The translations under genes were made by a program, and so were the position numbers. Source: an uncultured Rhizobium sp. (GTDB lineage Bacteria > Bacteroidota > Bacteroidia > NS11-12g > UBA955). Taken from it: a stretch of 64,000 bases of DNA. Under the pieces are notes generated by a model, which searched no databases, was not told where the DNA came from, and saw only the letters and a list, made by a program, of their open reading frames with translations. Every line of letters starts with the position of its first letter. Position 1 is the first letter of the stretch. The stretch covers positions 8,684-72,683 of the forward strand of contig CAYPBJ010000007.1 of NCBI GenBank assembly GCA_964408945.1, read 5' to 3'. Shown one piece after another: positions 7,808 to 17,427 of the stretch.

Positions 7808-8410
7808 ATGAAGCAAAAGTTTGCATTTTTATTGGGAGTTAGTTGTTTGATATTTAATGGTTTATTGGGTCAAAAGTGGTCAATGAAAGACAGTATTTTG
7901 TTGAGTTTGAAGAATAAACCAGAGTTTTCCGGCAGTTTAGATGGCCGACAATCATACGTTCTTGCTCAACCCGTAAATATTTTTGGAATCAGAGCAGGTA
8001 TGGATTACAAGAAGACGGCTTTATATGGCGGAATTTATGCAACCGCCTTCACTGATGCTTTGGCACAGAATTCATACAAGTATTTTTATTTGAGTGCTAC
8101 TGGGGAATACCGTTGGTATCATACTTACCGTTGGCAAGTGAATCAAACGGTTCAGTTGGGTATAGGAAGCGCTGATATTAAACGCACGGTTGACGGAGAA
8201 GAACAATATTATTCCAAGATGATAGTACCTGTTGAGACAGGTGTCTATGCTTCTTACCGAGTTTGGAAGTTTATTGGGGTAGCTGCGGGAGTAGGAATTC
8301 GTATTTCTGCTACTCCCGGAACCTATTTTTCGGGATCTTATTATTCTGGTGGACTTACTTTTTATGCTGACGAGCTGATGAAGATTTTACCTCGTCTAAA
8401 TGGGCAATAA
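7808..8410 (+). CDS. Hypothetical secreted/outer-membrane protein
   Basis: Signal peptide MKQKFAFLLGVSCLIFNGLLGQ. Y/G-rich beta-strand-like sequence. The 3' end overlaps the convergent gene by 56 nt. Confidence 0.55.
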   Translation: MKQKFAFLLGVSCLIFNGLLGQKWSMKDSILLSLKNKPEFSGSLDGRQSYVLAQPVNIFGIRAGMDYKKTALYGGIYATAFTDALAQNSYKYFYLSATGEYRWYHTYRWQVNQTVQLGIGSADIKRTVDGEEQYYSKMIVPVETGVYASYRVWKFIGVAAGVGIRISATPGTYFSGSYYSGGLTFYADELMKILPRLNGQ

Positions 8411-9938
8411 ATTCTTCGATTTTGTCAACGTCAATGCGGTTGGCTACAATTTTCTTGTTCTCATCAAGAATGTACAAAGTGGGACTTGATATCACGTAAT
8501 AAGAAGAAAGAGCATCTGCATATTTCTGTGACATAACTTCACCGCGAATCAAGTTGGTGAACTCACTGATTTCAGGGTGTTTTGCAAGATAATCATACCA
8601 TTCTTTCTTTTTGTCTCCGGAAGCCAAAGTAATTACCTTCCAGCCTTTTGATTTATTTTTTTCATAAAGTTTAGCAACTTTTGGCATTATTTCTTTGCAG
8701 TGCCCACAAGTGGGATCCCAGAACATCAAAATGGTGTAAGGACCTTTGATACTGTTAGTGTTAATCCAAACAGAGTCTTGGTTTTTAAGTTGCATATCTG
8801 CGCCCTTTTCTCCAATGAGAGAGGTTTGGCGGCGGTAAGCATTGTCACACATGCTTTTAACTAAAGCACTGTCAACCCACCAAGCTCTTCCTTGACAATA
8901 TTGAGAAATGGCCATGTAAACAAATGCTTTATCTAATCCCATGATGTTGCTAGATTCAAATCGATTGGTTAGGTACCAAATGATATATTTTTCGTTTTCA
9001 ATTGAATTCCGTGTTTTTTCGAGAAGGAAATTAGAGGCTTGAATGCATGTATCTGCATCAGGAACAATGACTTTGTCAAAGAAAGCATCCAATTTTTGTT
9101 TCAAACTATTCACTGGCATTCGCACCAAAGCATCTTCGTTTAGGTCAACATTATCCCAGTAATGTGCACGGTAGTAGCGATAGGCAAAGGTGCTGTCTTT
9201 TGAACCATCGGGCAAGGTAGGGGTTTCAGGGATTCTAACGGGTATCATGGAGTTCAGGAAACGAGCCAACATGCTGCTTGGGTTTTTAGCAATAAAAATG
9301 CTGTCAAACTTATTTTTATTGTCTAAATATTCATTCCTAAGTGGATTGAGTTTGGCATAATTTTCATCGCTAGAATCTGCTTTAAGCTGTTGATCAATTT
9401 CAATAATTTTTTCTACGATGCCTGATTTTCCTAGTTGGTATTCAACAAACCTTTGATTTTCTTCAGAGCCTTCTACTTTCATTTTTTTGTAGTACAGATG
9501 CTCATAATAGGAAGTATCTGTTGAGATGGTAAAATCTTGGTCATCGTCAACAAGAAATTCAAAATAATCTTTCTTTTCAGGTAATACAAAAAGGTACATG
9601 CCGCGTTGTAGAATTTTAGTACCATCAAACGTAGCCATTCCTTTTTTGTCAACTACAGTGGTATCACGAAGGTATTTGCCACCAATATGATGGTCTGCGA
9701 GATATACCGTTTCGCCGGGTTTAAGTCCTTTTACTTTAAATCGAATGTTGTACGTTCCAGGAATTCTGCCGTCCCAAGTGGTATTTCTTTGTTTTGGAAA
9801 AACGCCAGTTTCTTTGGTGCGTTTTGCTTTGTATTCAAGTCGCTCAGCAGGAGCAGAATACGGAATCATTTGAGCGTATGTCTGATTAAAAATAAATGAG
9901 GCAATAAAGCTAAAAAATGCGATTTTCTTCATCTTCAT
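8355..9938 (-). CDS. TlpA-like thioredoxin-fold thiol:disulfide oxidoreductase with N-terminal accessory domain
   Basis: CxxC motif WDPTCGHCKE in the C-terminal domain. Signal peptide MKMKKIAFFSFIASFIFNQTYAQ. Start moved from TTG c9995 to ATG c9938. Confidence 0.7.
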   Translation of the reverse strand: MKMKKIAFFSFIASFIFNQTYAQMIPYSAPAERLEYKAKRTKETGVFPKQRNTTWDGRIPGTYNIRFKVKGLKPGETVYLADHHIGGKYLRDTTVVDKKGMATFDGTKILQRGMYLFVLPEKKDYFEFLVDDDQDFTISTDTSYYEHLYYKKMKVEGSEENQRFVEYQLGKSGIVEKIIEIDQQLKADSSDENYAKLNPLRNEYLDNKNKFDSIFIAKNPSSMLARFLNSMIPVRIPETPTLPDGSKDSTFAYRYYRAHYWDNVDLNEDALVRMPVNSLKQKLDAFFDKVIVPDADTCIQASNFLLEKTRNSIENEKYIIWYLTNRFESSNIMGLDKAFVYMAISQYCQGRAWWVDSALVKSMCDNAYRRQTSLIGEKGADMQLKNQDSVWINTNSIKGPYTILMFWDPTCGHCKEIMPKVAKLYEKNKSKGWKVITLASGDKKKEWYDYLAKHPEISEFTNLIRGEVMSQKYADALSSYYVISSPTLYILDENKKIVANRIDVDKIEEFIAHLDEVKSSSARQHKK

Positions 9939-9986
9939 TAAAGTTTGCGTAAATTTAAGACAAAAATCAAGCCAAAGGGTTGCTTT

Positions 9987-10322
9987 ATGACGCAAAAGAA
10001 TTCATTTTATTTGAGAGTTTTCGACGTAGTTCGGTTGATTCCCCATGGAAGAGTTACATCTTATGGTGCAATAGCAGCTTATTTGGGTGCACGTAGCAGC
10101 TCAAGATTGGTGGGATGGGCCATGAATGCAAGTCACGGTGAACTTCCGCCGGTGCCGGCACACCGAGTGGTTAATAGGAATGGTGATTTGAGTGGTAAAG
10201 CACATTTTTCATCCCCCGAAAGAATGAAAGAATTGCTCGAAAAAGAGGGAATTCAGGTGGTAAACGACCGAGTGGTTAATTTCGACGAGGTTTTTTGGGA
10301 CCCCGTTTCTCTGGGGTATTGA
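9987..10322 (+). CDS. MGMT-family DNA-binding protein lacking the acceptor cysteine (alkyltransferase-like, ATL)
   Basis: Has HGRVTSYGAIA...PAHRVVN where active methyltransferases have PCHRV. Only ~111 aa, with no N-terminal domain. ATG 9987 preferred. Confidence 0.75.
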   Translation: MTQKNSFYLRVFDVVRLIPHGRVTSYGAIAAYLGARSSSRLVGWAMNASHGELPPVPAHRVVNRNGDLSGKAHFSSPERMKELLEKEGIQVVNDRVVNFDEVFWDPVSLGY

Positions 10323-10986
10323 ATAGCTGCCACCATTGGGTTTTTGGGTATGGGGCAATGACGCTCACATCGGGATTGGTTTTTACTGGGTGTGGCGTTA
10401 TCAGTTGGCGGGAGTGCAGACCAATGCTGCGGTCAGGCAGTGCGTTGGGTGCGCCGTATTTGAGATCTCCCAAAATAGGTGAACCCATTTTAGACATTTG
10501 GGCCCGAATTTGATGAAAACGGCCTGTTTCTAAAGTTATTTCATACAAATATTTTCCAGCCAAATTTCCTAAAAGTTTGTAATGCAATACTGAACGTTTG
10601 GCATCTCCTCTCGCTTTGTTGTAGGCATGCGCCTTGTGAGTAACGCTGTCTTTTGATAGGTAATGCTCCAAAGTACCGGACTCTTCAGAAAGCTGGGTTT
10701 CTGTAAGGCAATGGTAGATTTTCTTGTTTAGTTTGTTTTTAAAAATCTCATTAAGTCGGGTTAGGGCTTTAGATGTTTTTGCTAAAATCACGGTACCACT
10801 AACAGGTCTATCTATTCGGTGTGCAAGGCCAACATAAGCGGCTCCTGGTTTTTTGTATTTGGTTCTAATGTATTCTTCTGCAAGTTCCAAAAGGTGTGTA
10901 TCTCCAGTGGTATCGCCTTGTACGGGCAGTCCCGCAGGTTTATTTACTATTAACAAGTGATTATCTTCGTAGAGTACATCAATCAT
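10276..10986 (-). CDS. RluA-family pseudouridine synthase
   Basis: LIVNKPAGLPVQ and the catalytic-Asp motif HRIDRPVSG. Confidence 0.85.
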   Translation of the reverse strand: MIDVLYEDNHLLIVNKPAGLPVQGDTTGDTHLLELAEEYIRTKYKKPGAAYVGLAHRIDRPVSGTVILAKTSKALTRLNEIFKNKLNKKIYHCLTETQLSEESGTLEHYLSKDSVTHKAHAYNKARGDAKRSVLHYKLLGNLAGKYLYEITLETGRFHQIRAQMSKMGSPILGDLKYGAPNALPDRSIGLHSRQLITPHPVKTNPDVSVIAPYPKTQWWQLFNTPEKRGPKKPRRN

Positions 10987-10990
10987 AATG

Positions 10991-10998
10991 CAAAGGTA
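10991..10998 (-). promoter_or_regulatory. -7 box TACCTTTG, 4 nt upstream of ATG c10986
   Basis: Perfect TAnnTTTG match on the reverse strand. Confidence 0.45.
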
Positions 10999-11012
10999 CG
11001 ACGAACTTCGCC

Positions 11013-11020
11013 TATTTTTG
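11013..11020 (+). promoter_or_regulatory. -7 box TATTTTTG, 11 nt upstream of ATG 11032
   Basis: Perfect TAnnTTTG match. Confidence 0.45.
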
Positions 11021-11031
11021 CTCCCATTTTC

Positions 11032-12399
11032 ATGTTAGGTAAGTTATTGAGTCGCATTTCCAAAGCGGAGGTTAAGTTAATCACAAAGTTGGCATATCCC
11101 ATAGTATTGGGTCATTTAGGTATAGTTTTAATGGGGGTTGCGGATACAGTGATGGTGGGGAAATTGGGAAAAGTAGCCCTTGCAGGGGTCAATCAAGCGA
11201 ATAATATATTTTTCCTTTTTAGCGGACTCACTTTTGGAGTGTTGTTTGCTGTAAGTACTCTTGTCAGTATTAAAGTAGGCGAAAAGCGACCGGATTTGGG
11301 CTTTATTACTTACAGAGCGGGCTTGTTAGTCTCAGTACTTCTGTTCGTATTTCAATATTTGATACTTTGGGTGTTGATTGAGAATTTTCATTGGCTGAAA
11401 CAGTCGCCTGAAATAGATGCAATCGCTCCAGGATTTTTGAAAATTATTGCTTGGTCGGTTTTGCCAATGTTGATTTTTACCAATTGCAGGCAATTTACCG
11501 ATGGGTTGGGCCATACTAAAATCTCTATGGTCTTAAACTTAGGTGGGTTGGGACTGAATGTTTTATTGAACGCCATCATGATTTATGGTTGGTGGGGATT
11601 CCCTGCTTTAGGTGCAAATGGTGCAGCTTGGGCAACATTGATTACTCGGATATTGATGGCTGTAGCTGCATTGTGGTACGTTCGATATTCAAAATTGATG
11701 AAGCAATATCTACCAGTTAAAATGCCCGATTTTAAAGCTATTTGGAGAGAGACCTTCGAAATTTGGAAGATTGGAACTCCAATTGCGCTTCAAACCTTTG
11801 CTGAATGGGCTTGTTTTGCCATTTCTGGAATCATGATTGGTTGGTATGGCTCTGTACAACTGGCGGCGCATGCTGTAGCCTTAAACGCTGCATCGCTAAC
11901 GTATATGGTGGCTTCTGGACTTTCCATGGCAGGAAGTATCAGAGTGGGAAATGCATATGGAGAGCAATCTTTGTCAAGCATAAGAAGGATTGCCAATATG
12001 ACCTTTTTCATGGTTGTTGTTTTTGAGATTTTTAATGCTTTAATTTTTATTGTTTTCAGCAAGCAGATTGCTGGATTGTACGGGGTTGAATCGGATGTTA
12101 TGCCGTATATATTGCCTTTGTTCTTTTTGGCTGCCTTTTTTCAAATTAGCGATGGACTGCAAGCTGCGGCAATGTCTGTTTTGCGTGGAATCAAAGATGT
12201 GGTTTGGGCTTCTATCATATCGATTATAGCCTATTGGGTAGTTTCACTGCCTCTTTCTTATTTATTTGGCGAAATATTACAAAAGGGTGTTTATGGTGTT
12301 TGGTTGGGATTCTCGGCGGGCTTATTTTTGGCAGCAATATTAGGGGTGTATAGATTTTATTTTCAATGGAAACGAATCAAGTTTTTACCGGAAAATTAG
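11032..12399 (+). CDS. MATE-family multidrug/toxin efflux transporter
   Basis: About 455 aa and 12 TM-like segments, with a typical MATE N-terminus (KLAYPIVLGHLGIVLMGVADTVMVG). ATG 11032 preferred over GTG 10957. Confidence 0.8.
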   Translation: MLGKLLSRISKAEVKLITKLAYPIVLGHLGIVLMGVADTVMVGKLGKVALAGVNQANNIFFLFSGLTFGVLFAVSTLVSIKVGEKRPDLGFITYRAGLLVSVLLFVFQYLILWVLIENFHWLKQSPEIDAIAPGFLKIIAWSVLPMLIFTNCRQFTDGLGHTKISMVLNLGGLGLNVLLNAIMIYGWWGFPALGANGAAWATLITRILMAVAALWYVRYSKLMKQYLPVKMPDFKAIWRETFEIWKIGTPIALQTFAEWACFAISGIMIGWYGSVQLAAHAVALNAASLTYMVASGLSMAGSIRVGNAYGEQSLSSIRRIANMTFFMVVVFEIFNALIFIVFSKQIAGLYGVESDVMPYILPLFFLAAFFQISDGLQAAAMSVLRGIKDVVWASIISIIAYWVVSLPLSYLFGEILQKGVYGVWLGFSAGLFLAAILGVYRFYFQWKRIKFLPEN

Positions 12400-13214
12400 T
12401 GAGAAGAAGCATTTGTTGTCTTCTATTGGTTGCATTTATTCCTTTTTTGAGTGCTCAATCTAGGGGAGTTTGGAAAAAAAGTTATGACCTAAAAATTGGT
12501 TTAGGACAAGGTTCAAGATTGTTGTGGTCAACCACACCGGCTATGCGAACAACCTATACTTCACAAGGTCTTGCTGATTCGTTTCGAACTCATGATCAAT
12601 GGACCAATCTTATGAGTTATGGAATCTCTGTCAATTTCTCCCAGTCTGATAAAAAGATATTAGGAGTTGGATTGTCTTATAGTGAGTGGGGATTTGATCG
12701 TGTAAAAACAGGTGGAATGTTTGCCTATCAGCCACACCCTGATTTAGAAGTTTACCGACATTTGGTTCAAGGACCAGCACAAGAATTGACTTATAATTTT
12801 CAGCAGAAGTATTTAACGTTTGATTTTCAATATATGCAACGTCTTGATGGCCTAAAGCTTCAGCTGGAAAATGTTAAACTGTATTTTCTAGGTTCATTTA
12901 GCCCTTCGCTGTTGATTTCGGATGCCTTGGTATTAAAGACTGCAGGTTTTGCACTTGCAGAGGGTAAGAATGTCAAGGTTTATGATTACTACATTACACC
13001 GGCACCGGACGATAGACCGATTGTGAATAGAGTGGTAAATCCTAGGATAAATGCATTTGTGGGCGTGGGTTTAAGGGCCGAATATATCATGGCCGAAGGA
13101 ATGACTGTTTTACTACAACCCAGATTGCAAACAGCAGTGTTGCCCAATCACACCGGCGTTCAAACCGCATCTGGAGTGAACGCCGGCGTTGAGCTCGGAT
13201 TTATTTTCCGTTAA
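12366..13214 (+). CDS. Hypothetical outer-membrane/secreted protein
   Basis: Signal-like [16 protein letters not shown]. Beta-strand-rich. Overlaps the MATE gene's 3' end by 34 nt and the sdhB 3' end by 14 nt. Confidence 0.5.
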   Translation: METNQVFTGKLVRRSICCLLLVAFIPFLSAQSRGVWKKSYDLKIGLGQGSRLLWSTTPAMRTTYTSQGLADSFRTHDQWTNLMSYGISVNFSQSDKKILGVGLSYSEWGFDRVKTGGMFAYQPHPDLEVYRHLVQGPAQELTYNFQQKYLTFDFQYMQRLDGLKLQLENVKLYFLGSFSPSLLISDALVLKTAGFALAEGKNVKVYDYYITPAPDDRPIVNRVVNPRINAFVGVGLRAEYIMAEGMTVLLQPRLQTAVLPNHTGVQTASGVNAGVELGFIFR

Positions 13215-13953
13215 GTTTCGCTTTGTAATATTCGCGGTTTAGGTTCGCGATAACCGATAGAGGAATCTGCTTTGGGCATTCAGCTGCACAAGCACCTGTG
13301 TTGGTACATGCTCCAAATCCTTCAGCATCCATTTGATTTACCATGGCAACAACACGAGCTTGACGCTCAGGTTGACCTTGTGGTAACATAGATAACTGAG
13401 TTACTTTTGCACCTACAAACAGCATAGCAGAGGCGTTTTTGCATGCACTCACACATGCTCCGCAACCAATGCAAGTTGCAGCTTCAAAAGCTTCATCAGC
13501 TACCTCCTTTGGAATCAAGATGCTGTTCGCATCAACGGCGTTACCGGTGTTTACAGAAACATATCCGCCTGAAGCAATGATACGGTCAAACGCACCGCGG
13601 TTTACGCTCAAATCTTTGATCACAGGAAACGCATTGGCTCTCCAAGGTTCAACTACAATTGTGTCACCTTCGCTGAAGCTTCTCATGTGAAGCTGGCAAG
13701 TGGTTACACCTTGCTTTGGACCGTGAGGACGACCATTGATTACCATGCTGCACATACCACAGATACCTTCACGGCAATCATGGTCAAACGCGATAGGATC
13801 ATTACCGTCTTCAATGAGTTGCTCATTAAGAACGTCAAACATTTCCAAGAAACTCATATCGGGGCTCGCTTGAACTTTGTATTCTTCGAAACGACCTTCA
13901 GAGTTTTGATTTCTTTGACGCCAAACCTTCAGATTAATATTCATTGTTGCCAT
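13201..13953 (-). CDS. sdhB: Succinate dehydrogenase/fumarate reductase iron-sulfur subunit
   Basis: Cys clusters [20 protein letters not shown] and [12 protein letters not shown]. Sits at the end of the sdhCAB order. Confidence 0.95.
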   Translation of the reverse strand: MATMNINLKVWRQRNQNSEGRFEEYKVQASPDMSFLEMFDVLNEQLIEDGNDPIAFDHDCREGICGMCSMVINGRPHGPKQGVTTCQLHMRSFSEGDTIVVEPWRANAFPVIKDLSVNRGAFDRIIASGGYVSVNTGNAVDANSILIPKEVADEAFEAATCIGCGACVSACKNASAMLFVGAKVTQLSMLPQGQPERQARVVAMVNQMDAEGFGACTNTGACAAECPKQIPLSVIANLNREYYKAKLNGK

Positions 13954-13955
13954 GA

Positions 13956-15935
13956 TTATTTGTAACTTCTTTGTTGAATTTTAATGTTTTCGTAGTTGAG
14001 TTCTTCTTTGTGAAGTTCCCATTGATTGTTCTCTTTGTATTCCCAAGCAAATACGTTTTTGAAATTTTCGTCGTCGCGCAATGCTTCACCTTCTTCGGTT
14101 TGATATTCCTCGCGGAAGTGTCCACCGCAACTTTCGTTTCTATTCAATGCATCCCAGCACATCAATTCACCAAGTTCTAGGAAGTCAGCAACACGACCCG
14201 CTTTGTCCAATTCTGGGTTGAACTCATCAACGCTTCCTGGGATTCTCACGTTCTTGTAGAAATCTTCACGTAGGGCGCGAATTTCGTCAATGGCTTCTTT
14301 CAAGCCTTTTTCGTTTCTTGCCATTCCGCATTTATCCCACATGATTTTACCCAATTCACGATGGTAACTTTCAACAGTACGTTTACCCTGAATTCCCATC
14401 AATTGGTTGATGCGATCTGAAACTTTTTTCTCAGCCTCAACAAACGCTTCGTGGTCAGTAGAGATAGGCTTAGTATGAATTTCCTTGCTCAAATAGCTGC
14501 CTAAAGTGTAAGGAATGATGAAATATCCATCGGCAAGACCCTGCATCAAAGCTGATGCTCCCAAACGGTTTGCCCCATGATCAGAGAAGTTAGCTTCACC
14601 TAAAGCGTAAAGGCCAGGAACAGTGGTTTGCAATTCATAATCTACCCAAAGTCCACCCATGGTGTAATGTACTGCAGGGTAAATCTTCATGGGTACTTCG
14701 TATGGATCTTCGGCGGTAATTTGCTTGTACATGTCAAACAAGTTGCCGTATTTTTCTTTAGCAATTTCTTTACCTAATTCCAACAATACGTCTTCGCTCG
14801 GATTTTGAATGCCACGTTTACTTGCTTCAGTGCGACCGTATTTGTTGATCATGTTGTATTTGAAGTCCAAATAAACAGCCATTTTAGTAGTACCAACTCC
14901 GTATCCCGCATCGCAACGCTCTTTTGCCGCGCGGCTCGCGATATCACGAGGAACAAGGTTACCGAAAGCAGGATATCTGCGTTCCAAATAGTAATCACGC
15001 TCATCTTCTGGGATATCGTTGGGGTGACGGTCGTCGTCTTTTTTCTTGGGGACCCAAATACGTCCATCGTTTCTCAATGACTCACTCATCAAAGTTAGTT
15101 TGGACTGATAATGTCCTGAAACGGGGATACAAGTGGGGTGAATTTGGGTAAAGCAAGGGTTTCCGAACAATGCACCCGCTCTGTGAGCTTTCCAAGCAGC
15201 AGTTACGTTAGAGCCCATTGCATTGGTTGACAAATAGAAAACGTTTCCGTAACCACCTGTGCAAAGCAATACGGCGTGTCCAAAGTGGCGCTCTAATTTT
15301 CCGGAAACCAAGTCACGGGCAATGATTCCGCGTGCTTTTCCGTCAATTTTAACAACTTCAACCATTTCGTGACGACTGTACATGGTCACGTTTCCAAGTC
15401 CAACCTGACGCTCAAGTGCAGAATAAGCACCCAAGAGAAGTTGTTGGCCGGTTTGTCCGGCAGCATAAAACGTACGTTGCACTTGAGTACCACCGAAAGA
15501 ACGGTTGCTCAATGTTCCACCGTATTCACGCGCAAAAGGTACACCTTGGGCTACACATTGGTCAATTATATTGGTTGAAACCTCAGCCAAACGGTGAACG
15601 TTTGCTTCACGAGCGCGGTAATCACCGCCCTTAATGGTATCGTAAAATAGGCGGTAAACGCTGTCTCCGTCATTTTGATAGTTTTTTGCAGCATTGATAC
15701 CTCCTTGAGCGGCAATAGAATGTGCTCTGCGAGGAGAATCTTGAAAACAAAATGCTGAAACTTTGTAGCCCATTTCTGCTAAGGTGGCTGCGGCGCTGGC
15801 ACCAGCTAACCCAGTACCTACTACAATAACATGCAAACTTCTTTTGTTTGCAGGATTCACCAATGAAACACTGCTTTTATACTGTGTCCACTTAGCATCT
15901 ACTGAACCTTGTGGAATTTTAGAATCTAATTTCAT
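13956..15935 (-). CDS. sdhA: Succinate dehydrogenase/fumarate reductase flavoprotein subunit
   Basis: FAD-binding [21 protein letters not shown] and typical length (659 aa). Confidence 0.95.
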   Translation of the reverse strand: MKLDSKIPQGSVDAKWTQYKSSVSLVNPANKRSLHVIVVGTGLAGASAAATLAEMGYKVSAFCFQDSPRRAHSIAAQGGINAAKNYQNDGDSVYRLFYDTIKGGDYRAREANVHRLAEVSTNIIDQCVAQGVPFAREYGGTLSNRSFGGTQVQRTFYAAGQTGQQLLLGAYSALERQVGLGNVTMYSRHEMVEVVKIDGKARGIIARDLVSGKLERHFGHAVLLCTGGYGNVFYLSTNAMGSNVTAAWKAHRAGALFGNPCFTQIHPTCIPVSGHYQSKLTLMSESLRNDGRIWVPKKKDDDRHPNDIPEDERDYYLERRYPAFGNLVPRDIASRAAKERCDAGYGVGTTKMAVYLDFKYNMINKYGRTEASKRGIQNPSEDVLLELGKEIAKEKYGNLFDMYKQITAEDPYEVPMKIYPAVHYTMGGLWVDYELQTTVPGLYALGEANFSDHGANRLGASALMQGLADGYFIIPYTLGSYLSKEIHTKPISTDHEAFVEAEKKVSDRINQLMGIQGKRTVESYHRELGKIMWDKCGMARNEKGLKEAIDEIRALREDFYKNVRIPGSVDEFNPELDKAGRVADFLELGELMCWDALNRNESCGGHFREEYQTEEGEALRDDENFKNVFAWEYKENNQWELHKEELNYENIKIQQRSYK

Positions 15936-15949
15936 ACGTTTTCAATCAA

Positions 15950-16648
15950 TTATTTAATGATACCAAAATGCATTACTACGGGAATAATGGCAAAAATTAG
16001 AGGAACGATGATAGAGAAAGCGGCACCAACCGATGCAATGATGGGGGTGTAAGATTTGTGATTGATTCCAAATGTTTGGAATGCGCTGGAAAAACCATGA
16101 AGCAGGTGGTAAGCCAAAGAAAAACAACCTAAAACGTAGATAATTACAGCAATAGGATTTGTGAAAACACTAGACATTTCTAGGAACAAGTTTTCCATTG
16201 TATCGCCGTTAGCGTAAGTTATTTCTCCTAAGGCATGGGGCGCGTGGAATCTACTAACTACCCAAAAATGTTTAAGGTGAAGAACCAAAAAGATTAAAAT
16301 GATGGTTCCCAAGAAGCCCATTGAGCGTGAGTACCATTTGGAGTTAGCGTTCCCTGGGTTTCCAGTGTATTTGGCAGCACGGCGTTTACGGTTGTCAAAC
16401 GTAAGGTACAAACCTTGTGCAATGTGAAGCAGAAAACCAACAAACAATAGAACTTCTGAAATTCTAATGAACGGATTTTCGGCCATGAATCGTGCAGCTT
16501 CGTTGAAGGTCTGACCCCCATCGTTAAGCAAAACCATGGCATTAATTAGGCAGTGAACTAATAAAAAGGCGATTAAAGCAATCCCTGTCACGGCCATAAC
16601 GAGTTTTCTACCAAGGCTGGATGAAAACAAGAATGACAATACTCCCAT
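15950..16648 (-). CDS. sdhC: Succinate dehydrogenase cytochrome b subunit (b558-type)
   Basis: 232 aa with 5 TM segments. N-terminus SSSLGRKLVMAVTGIALIAFLLVH is typical of the Bacteroidota b558 family. First gene of sdhCAB. Confidence 0.9.
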   Translation of the reverse strand: MGVLSFLFSSSLGRKLVMAVTGIALIAFLLVHCLINAMVLLNDGGQTFNEAARFMAENPFIRISEVLLFVGFLLHIAQGLYLTFDNRKRRAAKYTGNPGNANSKWYSRSMGFLGTIILIFLVLHLKHFWVVSRFHAPHALGEITYANGDTMENLFLEMSSVFTNPIAVIIYVLGCFSLAYHLLHGFSSAFQTFGINHKSYTPIIASVGAAFSIIVPLIFAIIPVVMHFGIIK

Positions 16649-16674
16649 AAATGATATTAAATATTTGTGTTTGG

Positions 16675-16682
16675 CAAATTTA
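16675..16682 (-). promoter_or_regulatory. -7 box TAAATTTG, 26 nt upstream of the sdhC ATG
   Basis: Perfect TAnnTTTG match on the reverse strand. Confidence 0.45.
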
Positions 16683-16754
16683 CAAAATATAGGTACTCAC
16701 TGCACACAGGCTTTGTTTTTGAGTACTATTTAGAATCTATCTATTGAACAAAAG

Positions 16755-17351
16755 TTAAGCATTACGCAATTTCTCAAGGCGTTGTAGGTATTTTCCTACG
16801 ACATCAAATTCTAAATTGACTGGGTCGCTAGCCTGGAGGAATTTGAGGTTGGTGTGTTCCCAAGTGTAAGGAATTATTGCAACACTGAAGGCATCGGGAA
16901 AACTATCAACTACGGTTAAACTAATACCATTGATGCAAATACTGCCTTTATTTACGGTAATTCCAGCTTCGGGTGGATGTGAGATAAAGAGCATATACGA
17001 ACCATCTAAGTCATGCACCTCATCCAAAACTCCTACACAATCAACATGACCTTGAACAATATGTCCGTCAAATCTTCCGGTAGCCGGCATGCAACGTTCT
17101 GTATTGATGAGGTCACCAATTTTCCAAGATTTTATGCTGGTTACATTTTGCGTTTCAGCAATGGCTGTTACTTTATAGGTAGAATCAGCAATATTGATGT
17201 TTGTTACTGTGAGACAAATACCATTGTGAGATACACTTTGGTCTACTTTTAATTCAGGTGTAAAAATGGATTTAAAAGTAATATGTAAATTCGTCTGCTC
17301 CTCTTCTACATCAAGGATTTCAGACATGCCTTCAATAATGCCCGTGAACAT
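16755..17351 (-). CDS. ribE: Riboflavin synthase alpha chain
   Basis: Canonical N-terminus MFTGIIE at ATG c17351 (the track extends to a TTG at c17384). Internal duplication of the lumazine-binding domain (..GHVDCVG..). Confidence 0.9.
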   Translation of the reverse strand: MFTGIIEGMSEILDVEEEQTNLHITFKSIFTPELKVDQSVSHNGICLTVTNINIADSTYKVTAIAETQNVTSIKSWKIGDLINTERCMPATGRFDGHIVQGHVDCVGVLDEVHDLDGSYMLFISHPPEAGITVNKGSICINGISLTVVDSFPDAFSVAIIPYTWEHTNLKFLQASDPVNLEFDVVGKYLQRLEKLRNA

Positions 17352-17427
17352 GTCATAAAAGTAGGATTTAATTCTGACAATCAAAAAAATTTTAGTCTAT
17401 AAACTGACAAATTGACAATAATGTGTA

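Noticed and set aside
16691-16728. GTACTCA...TGAGTAC inverted repeat downstream of ribE as a terminator
   Set aside because: The stem is 7-8 bp with a loop of about 20 nt and no adjacent T-run. It also overlaps the sdhC promoter region. The evidence is too weak to call.
17352-17427. An FMN riboswitch upstream of ribE
   Set aside because: Only 76 nt separate ribE from the divergent grpE, which is too short, and the conserved FMN-element helices are absent.
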